Of a DNA stretch of 64,000 nt, positions 49,701 to 62,193 are shown one piece after another. Numbering within the stretch: position 1 is the first letter of the stretch; every line of letters begins with the position of its first letter. The notes under the pieces are model-generated. The model did no database searches. It was given only the letters and a program-made list of their open reading frames with translations, and was not told where the DNA came from. The DNA lies in NCBI GenBank assembly GCA_046563655.1, contig CM102289.1:2046001-2110000 (forward strand), written 5' to 3'. Both the position numbers and the translations under genes were made by a program. The stretch comes from Yuukianura sp. NJ FZ-2021. Its lineage: Eukaryota.

Positions 49701-52292
49701 GCCATTCTGCTCATTTTCATTCTACTGGCTTTTAATACCGAAGATTTGAACACGGTGGAGACACTTGGACACGCTTTTGTGCTGTTCTTGTTTTATGGAT
49801 TTGGAACGATTCCACTGATGTACGTGTTTAGCTTCTACTTCACCGTGCCATCTTCCGGATTTACACGCATGGTGCTGTTCAATCTCTTCACAGGTAAAAT
49901 TTGACAACATTTATAAAAATTTTCATGAACTTTATAAAAATTTTCATGAATTTTATAAAAATTTTCATGAATTTTATAAAAATGTTCATGAATTTTATAA
50001 AAATTGCTCCATAAATTTTTTTTTTTTTTGATTTTTTTTAGGAATGACATTTAGCATGTTCTATGCAATTTTGCAAATTCCTGACCTTAACCTTGAGCAT
50101 GTAGCGAAAATGTTAGATTGGGTGTTCATGATAAGCCCACAGTACAATCTAGGAATTGGACTCCTGCGCATTACAACTAATTCGCAATTGAACAAGTTTT
50201 GTCCAATGATGAACCTCGACTGTACTCCCGATTCGCCATTCTACCATCCTCCATGTTGTGAACAGTGTAAGGATAGAAAACAAGTACAGAGGAAGGGCAT
50301 TTTAAACACAAATTTTGAAAAAAAAAGTTTCAAATTTTTAGTTTCCAAAATTTGTTTCTTTCAAAAATTTTTTAGATGGTCATGGTTACATGGGTTGGAA
50401 TCCATCAGGAGTAGGACGAAACCTGTTTTTTCTATTTTTGGTTGGATTCATTTCGATTGTGGCTTTGCTAATCAGTGAAGGAAAAATCATTGAAAGAATT
50501 CGGTTTAGAAAAGTGGAAGCCACTACTGCTGATTCCAGAGGTGAAATTTTCTGCACAACTACAATAAACTATTAAATTAGGATATAAACTATTAAATAAG
50601 ATAAACATATCATTTAAATTCTCGCGCTGGTGCAGGTGCAAAGCAGTATGGAACATTTCATGAGGGTTTGAATGATGATTCTGCAGGTTCTGAAGACGCA
50701 CTTGAAGATTCCGACGTAGCTGCCGAAAACGTACGAATTCGGTCTACCGATCTAAAAGTTCTCACGGAAGCAGAAAACCTTGTCATGCGGTAAATTTCAA
50801 AAACGAAAAAGAAAATTTTTTAAACTCAATATTTTTTTGTTTATTTTTGTGACTAACCTAACAATTTTTGTATGTTTGGAACAGAGACCTCACTAAAACC
50901 TATGACAAAGGAAAATTTGTTGCAGTAGACCGACTTTGCCTGGGCGTTCAGCACGGAGAATGCTTTGGTTTGCTAGGTGTGAACGGAGCAGGAAAAACTT
51001 CGACATTCAAAATGTTAACTGGAGATGAAACGATTAGCTCAGGAGACGCTTATGTTTATGGGGACAGTGTGAAAGCGGAAATCAAAAAAGTTCAAAAGAA
51101 TCTAGGCTACTGTCCACAGTTTGACGCTTTGATTGAAGAACTCACTGGGAGAGAAACGATTCGACTATTTGCACGGCTACGGGGAGTTCGAGAAAAAGAT
51201 ATTGATCCGTTAGTGGACAAATTAGCGACAAATCTTCTCTTTGCTGAACACATTGACAAACGATGTGGAGCTTACAGGTATAGAATTTGTTGAGACAAAA
51301 AACATTTTTTTTTACGAAAACAAATTTTTTCCAAAATTGAGTAGAAGTTTCACAATTTTAAAGAACTTCAAATTTTTCAGTGGCGGAAACAAAAGGAAGC
51401 TATCTACAGCAATTGCACTGGTGGGCAACCCTCCCTTAGTATTTTTGGACGAACGTAAGTAATTCAATGTAGTTCAGCAAATGTGTAATTGACCGAGTAA
51501 TTATGTAATTACTCAAAAGTAATTAAATAATTACTAATTTCCGAAATTTTTAACATATCCTGTTGCTCGTTACAGCCACAACAGGAATGGATCCTGTTGC
51601 ACGGCGCCATCTATGGAACTGTGTTTCAACCGTTCGAGACGCCGGTACTTCCATTATTCTTACCTCGCACAGGTATGTTTTTGTCTTTTTTGAAAAAAAA
51701 AAGTTCAAAATCAGCTTTTGATTTTTTTTTCGAAACGTTTATTTCTAGTATGGAGGAATGCGAAGCCCTTTGCACACGCCTGTCAATCATGGTGAACGGG
51801 AAGTTCCGTTGCTTAGGATCTCCACAGCATCTCAAAAACAAATTTGGTGAAGGTTATACTGTAATTGCACAGTTAGGCACCCCGCCTCCTGCTGGTTCCG
51901 TAAAACGCTCGTCAGTTGAAGTGGGCCGGCGCAGAAGTTCGCTTCATCTTAATGCTCTACCATGGGAACGCCAACTCCAACCGCTCAAGTCATACATTGA
52001 AGAAGCTTTTCCAGGTAAATCACCTGAGCGCTTCATAAAAACACTTTTGAAGCTTAACTAAGCATGACTCTAACATGTTTTCTCCCACACAGGCGCACAA
52101 CTCAAAGATGTCCATCCTGGATTTGTCCACTATCACGTTGGCATGGACGTCGGAGTTTCATGGGGCGAAATGTTCCAAAAAATGGAAATTGCTAAACACC
52201 AATTTCATCTTGATGCTTACTCCGTCGGACAAACTTCACTTGAACAAGTGTTTCTCAATTTTACTAAAGCACAAACCAACTACGATGACTAA
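43755..52292 (+). CDS. ABCA3: ABCA-family full transporter (ABCA3-like), many exons
   Basis: [47 protein letters not shown]1 [11 protein letters not shown] / [10 protein letters not shown] / [21 protein letters not shown]2 [12 protein letters not shown] / SGGNKRKLS / [16 protein letters not shown]. Stop TAA at 52292. Confidence 0.9.
48015..48703. mobile_element. Tc1/mariner (pogo-like) non-autonomous element in an ABCA intron
   Basis: 23-bp TIR CAGTGGATTCTCTAAATAAGGGA / TCCCTTATTTAGAGAATCCACTG with TA on both sides. Confidence 0.88.
48326..48484. repeat. 19-bp minisatellite, about 8 copies, inside the MITE
   Basis: (GCGCTGTTGCGCAGGTTGT)n. Confidence 0.9.
49910..50005. repeat. 21-bp intronic tandem repeat, about 4.5 copies
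   Basis: (TTTATAAAAATTTTCATGAAY)n. Confidence 0.85.
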
Positions 52293-52481
52293 AACTAAAT
52301 CATCACAAATAGCAGGAAATCACAAACATTTTAAAAAATTACATTTTTACAACAAAAAAATATTTAAAGAAAAGCAAACCTAAGTGCGCTTTTCAAATTC
52401 CAGTTTCTAGTCTCTAATTTTTAAGTAATTTCTGAAACTCTATAATTTCAAAGTTCAATTAAAACTACTTCGCTTACACGT

Positions 52482-55342
52482 TTAGCGCAAATACCGATAC
52501 GGTTTTGTCTGCGAAGCTTTTGTTGGTCGTTTGAATTTGCCGCTCCGATAAGCATGAAATGTCAGTTCAGCGACGAAGATAAACGACGACAAGCCGATTC
52601 CAAATGCCCAAAACATGAATACCCCTTGGAGTGCGTAAAACGCGATCGGCTTGTCTTTCTTGTCCAATGCCAGTTGAATGCTCCTGCGCAGTGTATTGGC
52701 TTTGAAGGCGTCAGGTCCTTTGATCTTAAACTAAATACATTTTTAAAAAATAAACAAGCCTTTTGAAAACTTTTTTTCAAAATTCATTTCGAAAAAAAAG
52801 TAATTACCGCCATGGCTGAACGCCATTTATGCAGCAGTCCGTTCTCTGAAACACGAAGAATTACTGCGTTGATTGCTGACGGAACATCCCGGTCATCTTC
52901 TGCAGGTATAATTTTTAACTTTAGTTGCCTGATCTGCGCATGACTGTTTTCAAAACTGACCTGCGTAGATCCATGAAGCAAAAGAGACAAGGAGAGGAAC
53001 GTCGGAGACGTAGTAGTCATCGTACCTTGAAGGCGGCAGCAAAGTGAGTCTTTGGTAACTATGCCAGTTAGAGATCATTTCATTATCTTACAAATTTCAA
53101 AAATTCAAAGAAAATCGATTTATTTATTTTTTGAAGTTGTTAATTTTTTTTTACTAGAACCAGTGTTCAAGAGTTCCCCACACAAAACCACGGTCCATTA
53201 GTTCCAGTTGTTGTTCAAACGGCAGAGCGTTGCTGAACCGAGTTCGCCGTAGATCTTGGATAATCGGATCAGGATTTGAGGTCAACAGAAGTTCCATAGT
53301 AGAACCTAACCAAAAAGGTAATTTGAAAAACGATTTAGAATTTTGAAAAAAAAAATTTTTTTTTGAAGGTAACGCGTTTTCACCAGGGTATGCAGAAATT
53401 CTTTTCCGCTGAATCCAAACATCTTCTAAGGTTTTGATTTGAGCTTGTTCCTTGGGAAAGCTAAAAATAAAATTCCAGAACCGAAATTTTCAAATTCATT
53501 TTTGAAACGGTAATATTTAAAAAAACTTATGTCGGACCTCAGTTGAACGACGAAGTTCGAAGCATAAATGCTTTGCAGAATAAGACAAGCCATAAACCAT
53601 GTAACCACAATCAAAGCTGCTGGCCCACCAGGCGGATTCGGCCAAGGTTCCACCAATAATGTAGCCAAGGCCTAAAATTTTTCAGAAATATTTTCAAATA
53701 ACTAAAAACTCATTTCTATAAAAGTTTCAAAAAAACTTTCACGTTTAACTATTAAAGAAGCAGAAGAAGTTCGCTACTTTATGGTTTTCCTCCACTTTGT
53801 CTCTCTGTCTGTCTGTCCTTCTGCTAGTCCCAATAACTCTGGAACCGATTTTTAATCTGTCTTCATACATTATCTATGGGTGATACATCGGTTCCGGGTT
53901 TGACCTGAAGTAAACAGCGGACAACGCCCAGGTCAAAAGTCAAGGTAAAATTTTTTTAACCGAAATTGATAAAATGACCCATAAACAGTTGTTGCAAAAA
54001 CCACAACTTTTGTATAGGTAACCAAGACCTTTGACCTTGAGCTCCAAATATATGAATCTCTCACAAAACCTTCGTGTACGTTTCGCTACTTACATACGGC
54101 GTTTACAACTGTTTTTTCCTCTTACATGAGATACGTTGTTGAAGATGCTGTGCTTTGGAAGCATCTTCTCTCCCGCCATTTTGTTATGGACTTTTGTAAT
54201 GTAGTATGTAATTGGAGCTACGAAAGACACCGATACAAACAAAATAGCCCAACAAAGTACTGGAAATGGCCGTAGTGCAGCGTCCCATTCTAGTTCCCCG
54301 CCAGTATTTCTTGAAATGAGTGAATACTTGATAGTATACAGACTGGGAGAGAGCATTCCTATACAAAGCAAGGGTCACACGAGGTCAAAAGTCTGGTAGG
54401 TATCACATGAGGTCAAATTCGAAAAGGTCATTGACATTGATACATGAAATTGCTTACCTATAAGTGACCGTTCACTGTTACTGGTGATCAGACCTACCAG
54501 CATCTCCACTTCTCTTCTCTGTAGCATTCCAAGCTTCCCCGAGAACGATTTGTTTGCAGCAGTGTAGTTTCCGTATTCAAAGTTAGGTGGCGCATGCATC
54601 TCGAAACGCAAGTCATAATGCTCTACTAGAACTTGCATCAACTCGGCCTCTATCCCACGGAAATGGTTTTGAACAGGATTGTCTCTGCTCAGTACAAATG
54701 GTGGAATGGGCTTGTCCAAAGCATTCCGCTTGTCCCAAATTGGCATTTCAAAAGCTGGCTTTGCCTTAAACGTAAAAACCAATCACACACAAGAGCACAA
54801 AATTCGCTAAATTGCCCAGAATTTTCTCAGTTTCAAAATTTTACCTCAGAGAATCCCACTTTCATCGTCCTCTTCTGAAGGATACACTTCAAATTTCGGC
54901 GGCAAGCAACTGGATGTTCAAAAGAACGGGCCTTTTCATCTGTTTGAGTGACTTCAATCAAAACGACGTCAAGCGACGTGCACTTTCTGATGCTCTTGAG
55001 TGTAGTAGGATATTGCGCAGTGGAATATACCATGATGACCTTCACATTGACCTCGTTTTTAACCAGAAACTGGTGCAGCATGTCTTTTGTATCTTCGAAA
55101 TGTGGAACTACGATAATGTTTGAATGAATTCCAATAATATAGCGACGGAATACGTCACGATTGGTGAAAATGACGAATTGCATGTCCAAAATGGGTGTGA
55201 ATTCTGTAATTCCGTTTGACAGAATAACTATATTCCACGGTTTTTCAATGCTCGACGGAATGTACTTTTCAATTTCTAAAATATAGCACCATGTTTGCAG
55301 TACAATACATGAAACTAGGCAGCAGGAAGCTAGGCGTGTCAT
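52482..55342 (-). CDS. Divergent ionotropic receptor (IR family), multi-exon
   Basis: Signal peptide; S1 lobe YGNY....SFSGKLGMLQRREVEM; LRPF..W + TM1; WFMACLILQSIYASNFV (TM2); ENGLLHKW; LQGVFMFWAFGIGLSSFIFVAEL (TM3). Confidence 0.85.
53753..54090. mobile_element. Possible Helentron-associated (DINE-1/HINE-like) element in an IR intron
   Basis: Degenerate 5' hairpin ending TTCGCTACTT, a (CTGT)nCC microsatellite, an internal GGTCAAAAGTC / GACCTTTGACC inverted repeat, and TTCGCTACTT again at the 3' end. Confidence 0.4.
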
Positions 55343-56537
55343 TTTGAATTTTAGAAAATTCCTGTAATGATAAAAAATATTTTCGGGTCTTTTATACGCA
55401 ACGGTTTTGCGGTTTCTGCTTTTTTTCGATTAGATTCAGTCCGTGTTTGCCAAATTATCAAAACGCGATACCGCAGGTTTCATATTGCTTAAACCGTTAT
55501 TGTTGACGAAAAATTGGAGGTAAACCGCAGAAACAAAAAGTTTCTTCGATCATCAAAACAATGTGGTCCGTTTCTACCGTGGTTTGACTTATAAATTAAA
55601 ATTGATAGAGAAAATGAGTTAGGAAACAGGAATGAAGTGAACAAAATGGATAAAAAAAATAATACAATTTTGAATTAATTGTTGTTTTTTAAGTTAATAT
55701 AATAATTCTAATTCATAAACACACTAATTATAAATTTGAACTACATTAATATAACGCACCTTTTTGAGTACCGATGGACTTACTCAAGCTAAACTCGAAC
55801 GGAATTTCAAAACTGTGCAGTTTTGACTGTTGCTCATTGCCTCAACACTGTCATGACAGGATTCTGATTGTAGAAAATTGAAAATTAGTGGTAACGCGAG
55901 AAACTCTGACTTCAAAAATCGTTGTGTTTTGTTCTTTTTTTTAAATTCAAAATTTGAATTTCAAGAGTTTGATCACTTCTGCGATTACTGCAGAATCCCG
56001 TAGGCGCTTTGTCACTGCTAGTGAAAGAGACAGAAACAGCGTCCAGTGGAAGGTCTTGCTCAAGTTCCCAAACAGGCAACATGAAAATGAACTTCAAATT
56101 GTACTGATTGAGATTTTTTTTTTGGTAATTTTAATTTTGTGTTTTTAGAATCGTAAGTTCGCTTATTACAATTGTAACCAGAGTATTTAATTTAAGGCAA
56201 GCGATAATCGCTCAGTATACTCCCCTGACTTTTTTAATCAAAAAAAATTCGTTGAAAAAACGATGAATTAGGAACTGGCACTGAGGTTTAAGTTTAATTA
56301 GTTATGTACACAACCGAAAATTATAGTGGAAATGCAAATGTAAAGAAAGATGGAGCTGAAAGTTTTTTTACAAGAGTAGCGACGAATCTGTCTACCGTTT
56401 TCCTCCAAAGTTACTTCAGTCAATTGGTTGCTTCAAGGTGAACAAGAGAAAAAAATTGAGCCTTTGGATTTGGACTTGGCGGGTTTCTTTTTCAGTGCAA
56501 ACGGGCAAACTTGGCTAGCGGTACAGGCGGGGAACTT

Positions 56538-57802
56538 TCAATTCCAATTCCAAAAGCGTACGATGCCTTCAGCTTGGTCCGGAAGCGGAGGATTTCCTTG
56601 AGCTGGTGGATTTCCACGCTGAGGAACGGGAGCAAAAGCCACAAAAACATGAGCCTGCATGATTTCCTGAAATAATTAAGCATTTTTATATCACCTTGCC
56701 ACGATGAACTTTATTTGATTTTGACTGCACTTTTTCAACTCTTCATCTAAACCTAATACTCTAATAATATAAATAGTGTACTCTAATGTCCTAATTGGAA
56801 AGTCGTCGAAACCATAAGGGAGGCAAATAATATCCAAATATAAAATGAAGGTACATATGAAAACGTTATATAAATTAAACTCCATATGAATTAAAAGAAC
56901 GCGTTAAGGTGTAAATCAATGGATGAAGTCATATCGTTCAAAATGCCAGTTAGTCGGATGCTTGTTTCCCTAAACTTCAGATCCCCCTGGATGCGGAAAG
57001 TATTTTCTAAACAAATGTAATACTAATGTAAGAATGCCACTATGAACACCCCAAGTGACGCTTAACTCCGTTGTTATGGGAAGCGACAAAATCTTTTGAT
57101 GCAATTTTTATGGTTATTTTGACCGCGGTCCTACTTAAACTTGGATAATCTTTTCGCAGAATCGAGCTTAAGATTAAAGTGGGTGTTGGATTTAAAAGAC
57201 AATCAAGCTGTGACTCAGAAAATTGTTTCTTACCTTTACGGGGAGATATTTGAAATCAACGCTATAGGAATGTAGCAGGTCCTTCAAATGGCGAAAGTCT
57301 GTGGAGGAAATTCTTGGTTACAGTGCGCAATCGTACGTTTCACTTTACTAACATCTACAAATTCTAGATCTACTCACCCACTCCACTTGTGAACCGCAAC
57401 GTCACTTTGTTTTCGGTCTTGTCTTCCCTGAAAACACGGATCTCGACAAAGTTCGTGGTTTGAACATGGTAAATCGAGTTGAACTTGTCAATGTCCACTC
57501 CACATTCGAACTCAACTTGCGCGGGTAGTTCACCTGTTGAATAAATTAAAATACTGCAGTATGTAACAATTTAAAATAATAAAACAAGGTCTAAATTCCT
57601 AAAAACATTATTAGAATGGAATATCCTAACCTTGTTGGCTGCTTGGAATGCTCAAGGAAATTTTAGCTTTCTTGTCGCCGTCATGTACACCGAATTTCCA
57701 TTTGACTTCGGACACGGTCTTCCTTGTGTCTCCCGTTAACGGAAACTTTGTTGTAATTGAGATGGGGTAGTCGCTAATGTGAATAGTTCGGTAGCCGTCC
57801 AT
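56538..57802 (-). CDS. Uncharacterised 4-exon protein (~170 aa), not in the ORF track
   Basis: Exons 57802-57631, 57533-57378, ~57299-57234 and 56666-56538 join in compatible phases through GT-AG sites into MDGYRTIHISDYP...FRHLKDLLHSY...FWNWN*. Confidence 0.5.
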
Positions 57803-58746
57803 ACCTGAGCTCCGGGCTAAAACGAAAACAAAAATTAGATCACTAGAAGTCGATAATAGTTCAAGGAGTGATCTAGAAACTCTTTCGTACTTTGTTACCT
57901 AAATTATACTATGTAAATTGCGGAAAATTCAATTGAATTTTATTTAGAAAAAATGAAATTATAAACAAAAAACATTTGCTTACGCACAAAGGAGACTTGC
58001 AAATAATTTTTGGCAAATAATTTAGATGAAGCAATAATCTTGATTTGTACAAATATTAGCACTTGAAAATAGGCTTCTGATGTTTCAATTACGCGCTGCT
58101 TTGCAGGCGTCAAAGAACAAACTGATTCTATGCTTAAAAGCTTTGTCTTTTCCTGAAACTTTCAACAAACGGAAAGCGTCGTTTGAAACAAAAGCTTGTT
58201 CTAACTTTTTTAGACCAGGAAAGCCCTGTCGATCACATTTAAAAAAGCGACCCTTCACAAGTTACCCTCACACGGTAACATTGTTTTCTAAAAAAAAATT
58301 ATGAATCCTTTTCTTAAAATTTCAAAAGACTCGGCTGAATTTTCTGTCAATTTCAAAGACAAACATCCAAATATAACCTGAATAGCAAAACACACGAAAT
58401 AGGTAAATTGGTGACTTTTTACATACAAGTTTTGACTTTGGAGTATCACGACGACGTGGCCTTGAAATCTATCACCACGGAAAGCCTCATTTGGATAGCA
58501 TAACTAAAAACTAATCTAAGAACTGTTCGACGTTACTATCACTCCGGAACGAAAAAAAACTGACTGAGAACAGAAAGTCAATTAAGTCACCCACCAATAT
58601 TTATTTTGTCAGAATTTTTCACCTTTTAAATAGCATTAGTCGTCTTGATTTTTTTTCAACTAAACTGATGATACACGATTTAAATAACAGAAGTTCAGTT
58701 AGGCGCAGGATAACTGAAAGACAGACGGAATGTCTGTAGCACAGAT

Positions 58747-61482
58747 TCAAAGATCCTCCTTGACGGACTCAATTGCAGTTGCCAGGAGTTGAGCCTGAGT
58801 CTTCAAATCAAAGAAACTTTCAATTAAAATGAAATTAGGATTTTTAACATTGTGACTAAGGCAAGGTCACATAAGGTCGTGTGACTCAAAATCTTGGAAA
58901 ACTAACCTTGGCGATTTGGAATTCAGTAAGTTCTAGGAGATGTTTTCGAAAGTCAGCTACTCGCCGAGATTTGAATTCCATTAGCTCGTCTTTGGCTTTG
59001 GATGATACTGTATCAACTCAAACTTTCTTACATGCTTCGTCTTGAACTTGTTCTGCCTGTTAAATCAAAAGGAAAATTAACATTTTACAATTAAGCGTAA
59101 ACCATATAAATGTTAATGTTAAGGTCAAATACATTCATCTTTTCTCTTACTTCTGACACATCCAATGCCTAAAGCAGCCACAACAAATGCAATGTCGGGT
59201 TAAACATAAGCCCAAGCAAATATTCAACGCTCAACTAAATTGTTATGTTTTAACTTTCAACTTACGCTTTCAACGTCTTTGTTCTTCACTCTGGCTTAGA
59301 TTTTTCTTCGCAGTTTCATAGTTGGCCAAACAACGACGTCTTCTGTAGAGCAAGTTCTTGGCAGCATGGGAATCACGCATGTAATATCGCAAGATGTCAG
59401 AAAGTTTCAAATCCTCATCTGAAGCTACACGATTTTCAACTTTCTATAAAAAAAATTAACGTAAAATGAAAAACGAAATCACGAATCCAGTGGATTTTTA
59501 AAAGCAGATTTTTTTGGTACCCGAACTTTCTCCAGAGCATCAGCGAACTTGGTAAGAAATTTTTCAAGTTCGTTCGTATCAATTGTAGCCAATTGAATCA
59601 GTTCGGATGAAATTTTAATGTTACCGTCGGCTACATTCTTGTGCATTTTGGTCATTTTGTCGGCCTTTGGCCGTTGCATCTTTGAGATGCGAGTGATAGT
59701 CGATCAGGAATGTTCGCTCATTATCAAAAAATCCATCCACATCTTTCTGTGTCGCTGACAGAAGAAATTCATCTGTCGATTGGCCGAAAGATTTGATTAG
59801 CCCACCAAACATTTCCTTCTTGTTTTTCCCGCGCACACTCAACTGAAAGACAGAATACAAAAAATAGCACACTGAATCAGCATTGTTTTGCACACTGCGC
59901 CTCAACTTTTGTACTCACCGAAGAAGAGTAGGAGTAGAGAAGAGTAGAGTAACCTACTCCAGAAACACCCGAAAGTCGTGATCATTCCGGAACACTGGAT
60001 GATTCGCCAATCGCTAGGCGAATCAGAAAGACTTCATGGTTTGCAACGGTCTTCTTGAAAGTAGCTAAATACTCACCAAAGACAAACAAAACGTTTGACG
60101 ATATGAATAGCTATGGAGGGAGTTCGGTGGCAAAATTATTTTAAAGTTTCGCGCGTTAAAACATGTTCCGCCAATTAAAAACAAACGTTTTCGCGTATTA
60201 CTTTAATGCGCGAAAACTTTTTTTAATTGCAGTAATTTTAAATTGCAGAAAAATTTTAAACGGGAAAAAGTCTAAGCGTACGCGCGAAAAAGTCTAAGCG
60301 TACGCGCGAAAAAGTCTAAGCGTACGTTAACGGAACGTACGCTTAGGAAACGTACGCTTAGAAAACGTACGCTTAGGGAACGTACGCTTAGAATACTAAC
60401 GCTTAGAATGCATGTCCAATAGAAATCACATTGCCAGAACTGATCAGAATTAGTATTCTGTAAATTATTATTTATTGTCTATTATTATTTATTATTTATT
60501 ATTTATTATCTATTGTAAACTATAAAACACTTCTTTTCTCATATGCTTTGTAAGGTTTTCAAAAATGTGTAGCCCCATACAGTGTTGCTGGATATCCACT
60601 TTTTTGACATTTCCTCCACGGCTGGATATCCACAGGAAGAAATGGACTAATCCAAAGGGGTGGATCTTTGCCCGCGGGGTTTGAAATACTTAAATCCAAA
60701 CCACTTAAGCAATTCAAAATACCGTACAAAAACAAAGAAAATGTCGTTTTTGTAAGAGTTTTAAATAAATACTTAATTTTAGCAATAAAAGAAACTCTTT
60801 TTGACCTTTTTTGTCCAGCCGTGGAGGAAATGTCAAAAAAGTGGATATCCAGCAACACTGTATGGGGCTACACATTTTTGAAAACCTTACAAAGCATATG
60901 AGAAAAGAAGTGTTTTATAGTTTACAATAGATAATAAATAATAAATAATAATAGACAATAAATAATAATTTACAGAATACTAATTCTGATCAGTTCTGGC
61001 AATGTGATTTCTATTGGACATGCATTCTAAGCGTTAGTATTCTAAGCGTACGTTCCCTAAGCGTACGTTTTCTAAGCGTACGTTTCCTAAGCGTACGTTC
61101 CGTTAACGTACGCTTAGACTTTTTCGCGCGTACGCTTAGACTTTTTCGCGCGTACGCTTAGACTTTTTCGCGCGTTAAAATTTTTCTGCAATTAAAATTA
61201 CTGCAATTAAAAAAAGTTTTCGCGCATTAAAGTAATACGCGAAAACGTTTGTTTTTAATTGGCGGAACATGTTTTAACGCGCGAAACTTTAAAATAATTT
61301 TGCCACCGAACTCCATCCATAAATAGCATTCAATAAGTTTTTGACGAAAAAAACAACTTACGCTTCCAATTCTTGCTTCATTTTTGTGAATTCTTCTTTT
61401 GTCATCGTTCCTTCTCCTTCTCCCAGCTTTTGTAATTTGTCTCGGGATGAGTCAAAATCAGGACGCGGTGGAGCCGGTGGTA
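58747..61482 (-). pseudogene. SNX6: Sorting nexin 5/6 (PX-BAR) pseudogene
   Basis: [88 protein letters not shown]. Several frameshifts or in-frame stops (~59015, ~59295, ~59665, ~59955, ~60010); no N-terminal exons found. Confidence 0.8.
60112..61321. mobile_element. Foldback element: ~510-bp TIRs, ~190-bp spacer, 6-bp TSD
   Basis: Arms 60112-60626 and 60814-61321 are near-perfect reverse complements; AATAGC on both sides; internal AAGCGTACG arrays. Confidence 0.88.
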
Positions 61483-62193
61483 GGTTTTCGGAAAAATGTT
61501 TCTGAAATCCTCGGGAAAATCCAGAAAACCAAAGTTTTCTGGACGAAGGGTACTGTTTTCGTCACCTAGCTGTCCGATGTTTTGATTATCGGCGTGTGCT
61601 AATGCGAAAAGTGTGGTCGTAGTTTTTTTTTTGAGCGCCTAACCAATCACACAGGAGGCACCAGAAGTCTTATGGGAAATTGAGTATAAGCGAATCTGTC
61701 CATCGTAATCTTAACAACCAAACAATTAATAGTTTGCAGTCAATGTTTCACAACGATAATTACATTCCCAATTCCCAGCAGCTCAGTTAGAATTGGTTGA
61801 CGCAAGGACAAATTCAACCCTGTGGTAGCCTTTGACTGCCGTTGGGTAGACTGGCCTCCATAATGAAGTATGACAATGTAGCCACACATGGTAGCCACGT
61901 AGTTTAGCCACCAATAGGCAACGTGGCTTTTTGCTACGATGAGAGGCTAAAAAATCGGAATTTATCGTACAATTAAACCGTAATCACCGTCAATATAGTA
62001 CAGGAAAAATTCCGAGGATTCCGAGGATTAGTTACCCCACAATTCTTTATTGTTTTCGTTTCTTATAGAGTGGAGGGAAAACAGTAAAATACTAAAACAC
62101 CTGTAGAGAAAACTGGACGAGGAGTTTATAAAGTAATTAAAACTTACGCTAGTTAGTTAATTAAGATTTAATTTAATCGTTAAAGTTAGCAGT

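Noticed and set aside
54360..54457. Apparent premature stop in the ionotropic receptor
   Set aside because: The stop lies within a GT-AG intron; the spliced frame stays open.
60265..60410. AAGCGTACG repeats as a CRISPR or iteron array
   Set aside because: Short degenerate subterminal repeats of the foldback element; no unique spacers and no cas genes.
60559..60901. ORFs in the centre of the foldback as a transposase
   Set aside because: Short, no catalytic motifs, and largely derived from the inverted arms.
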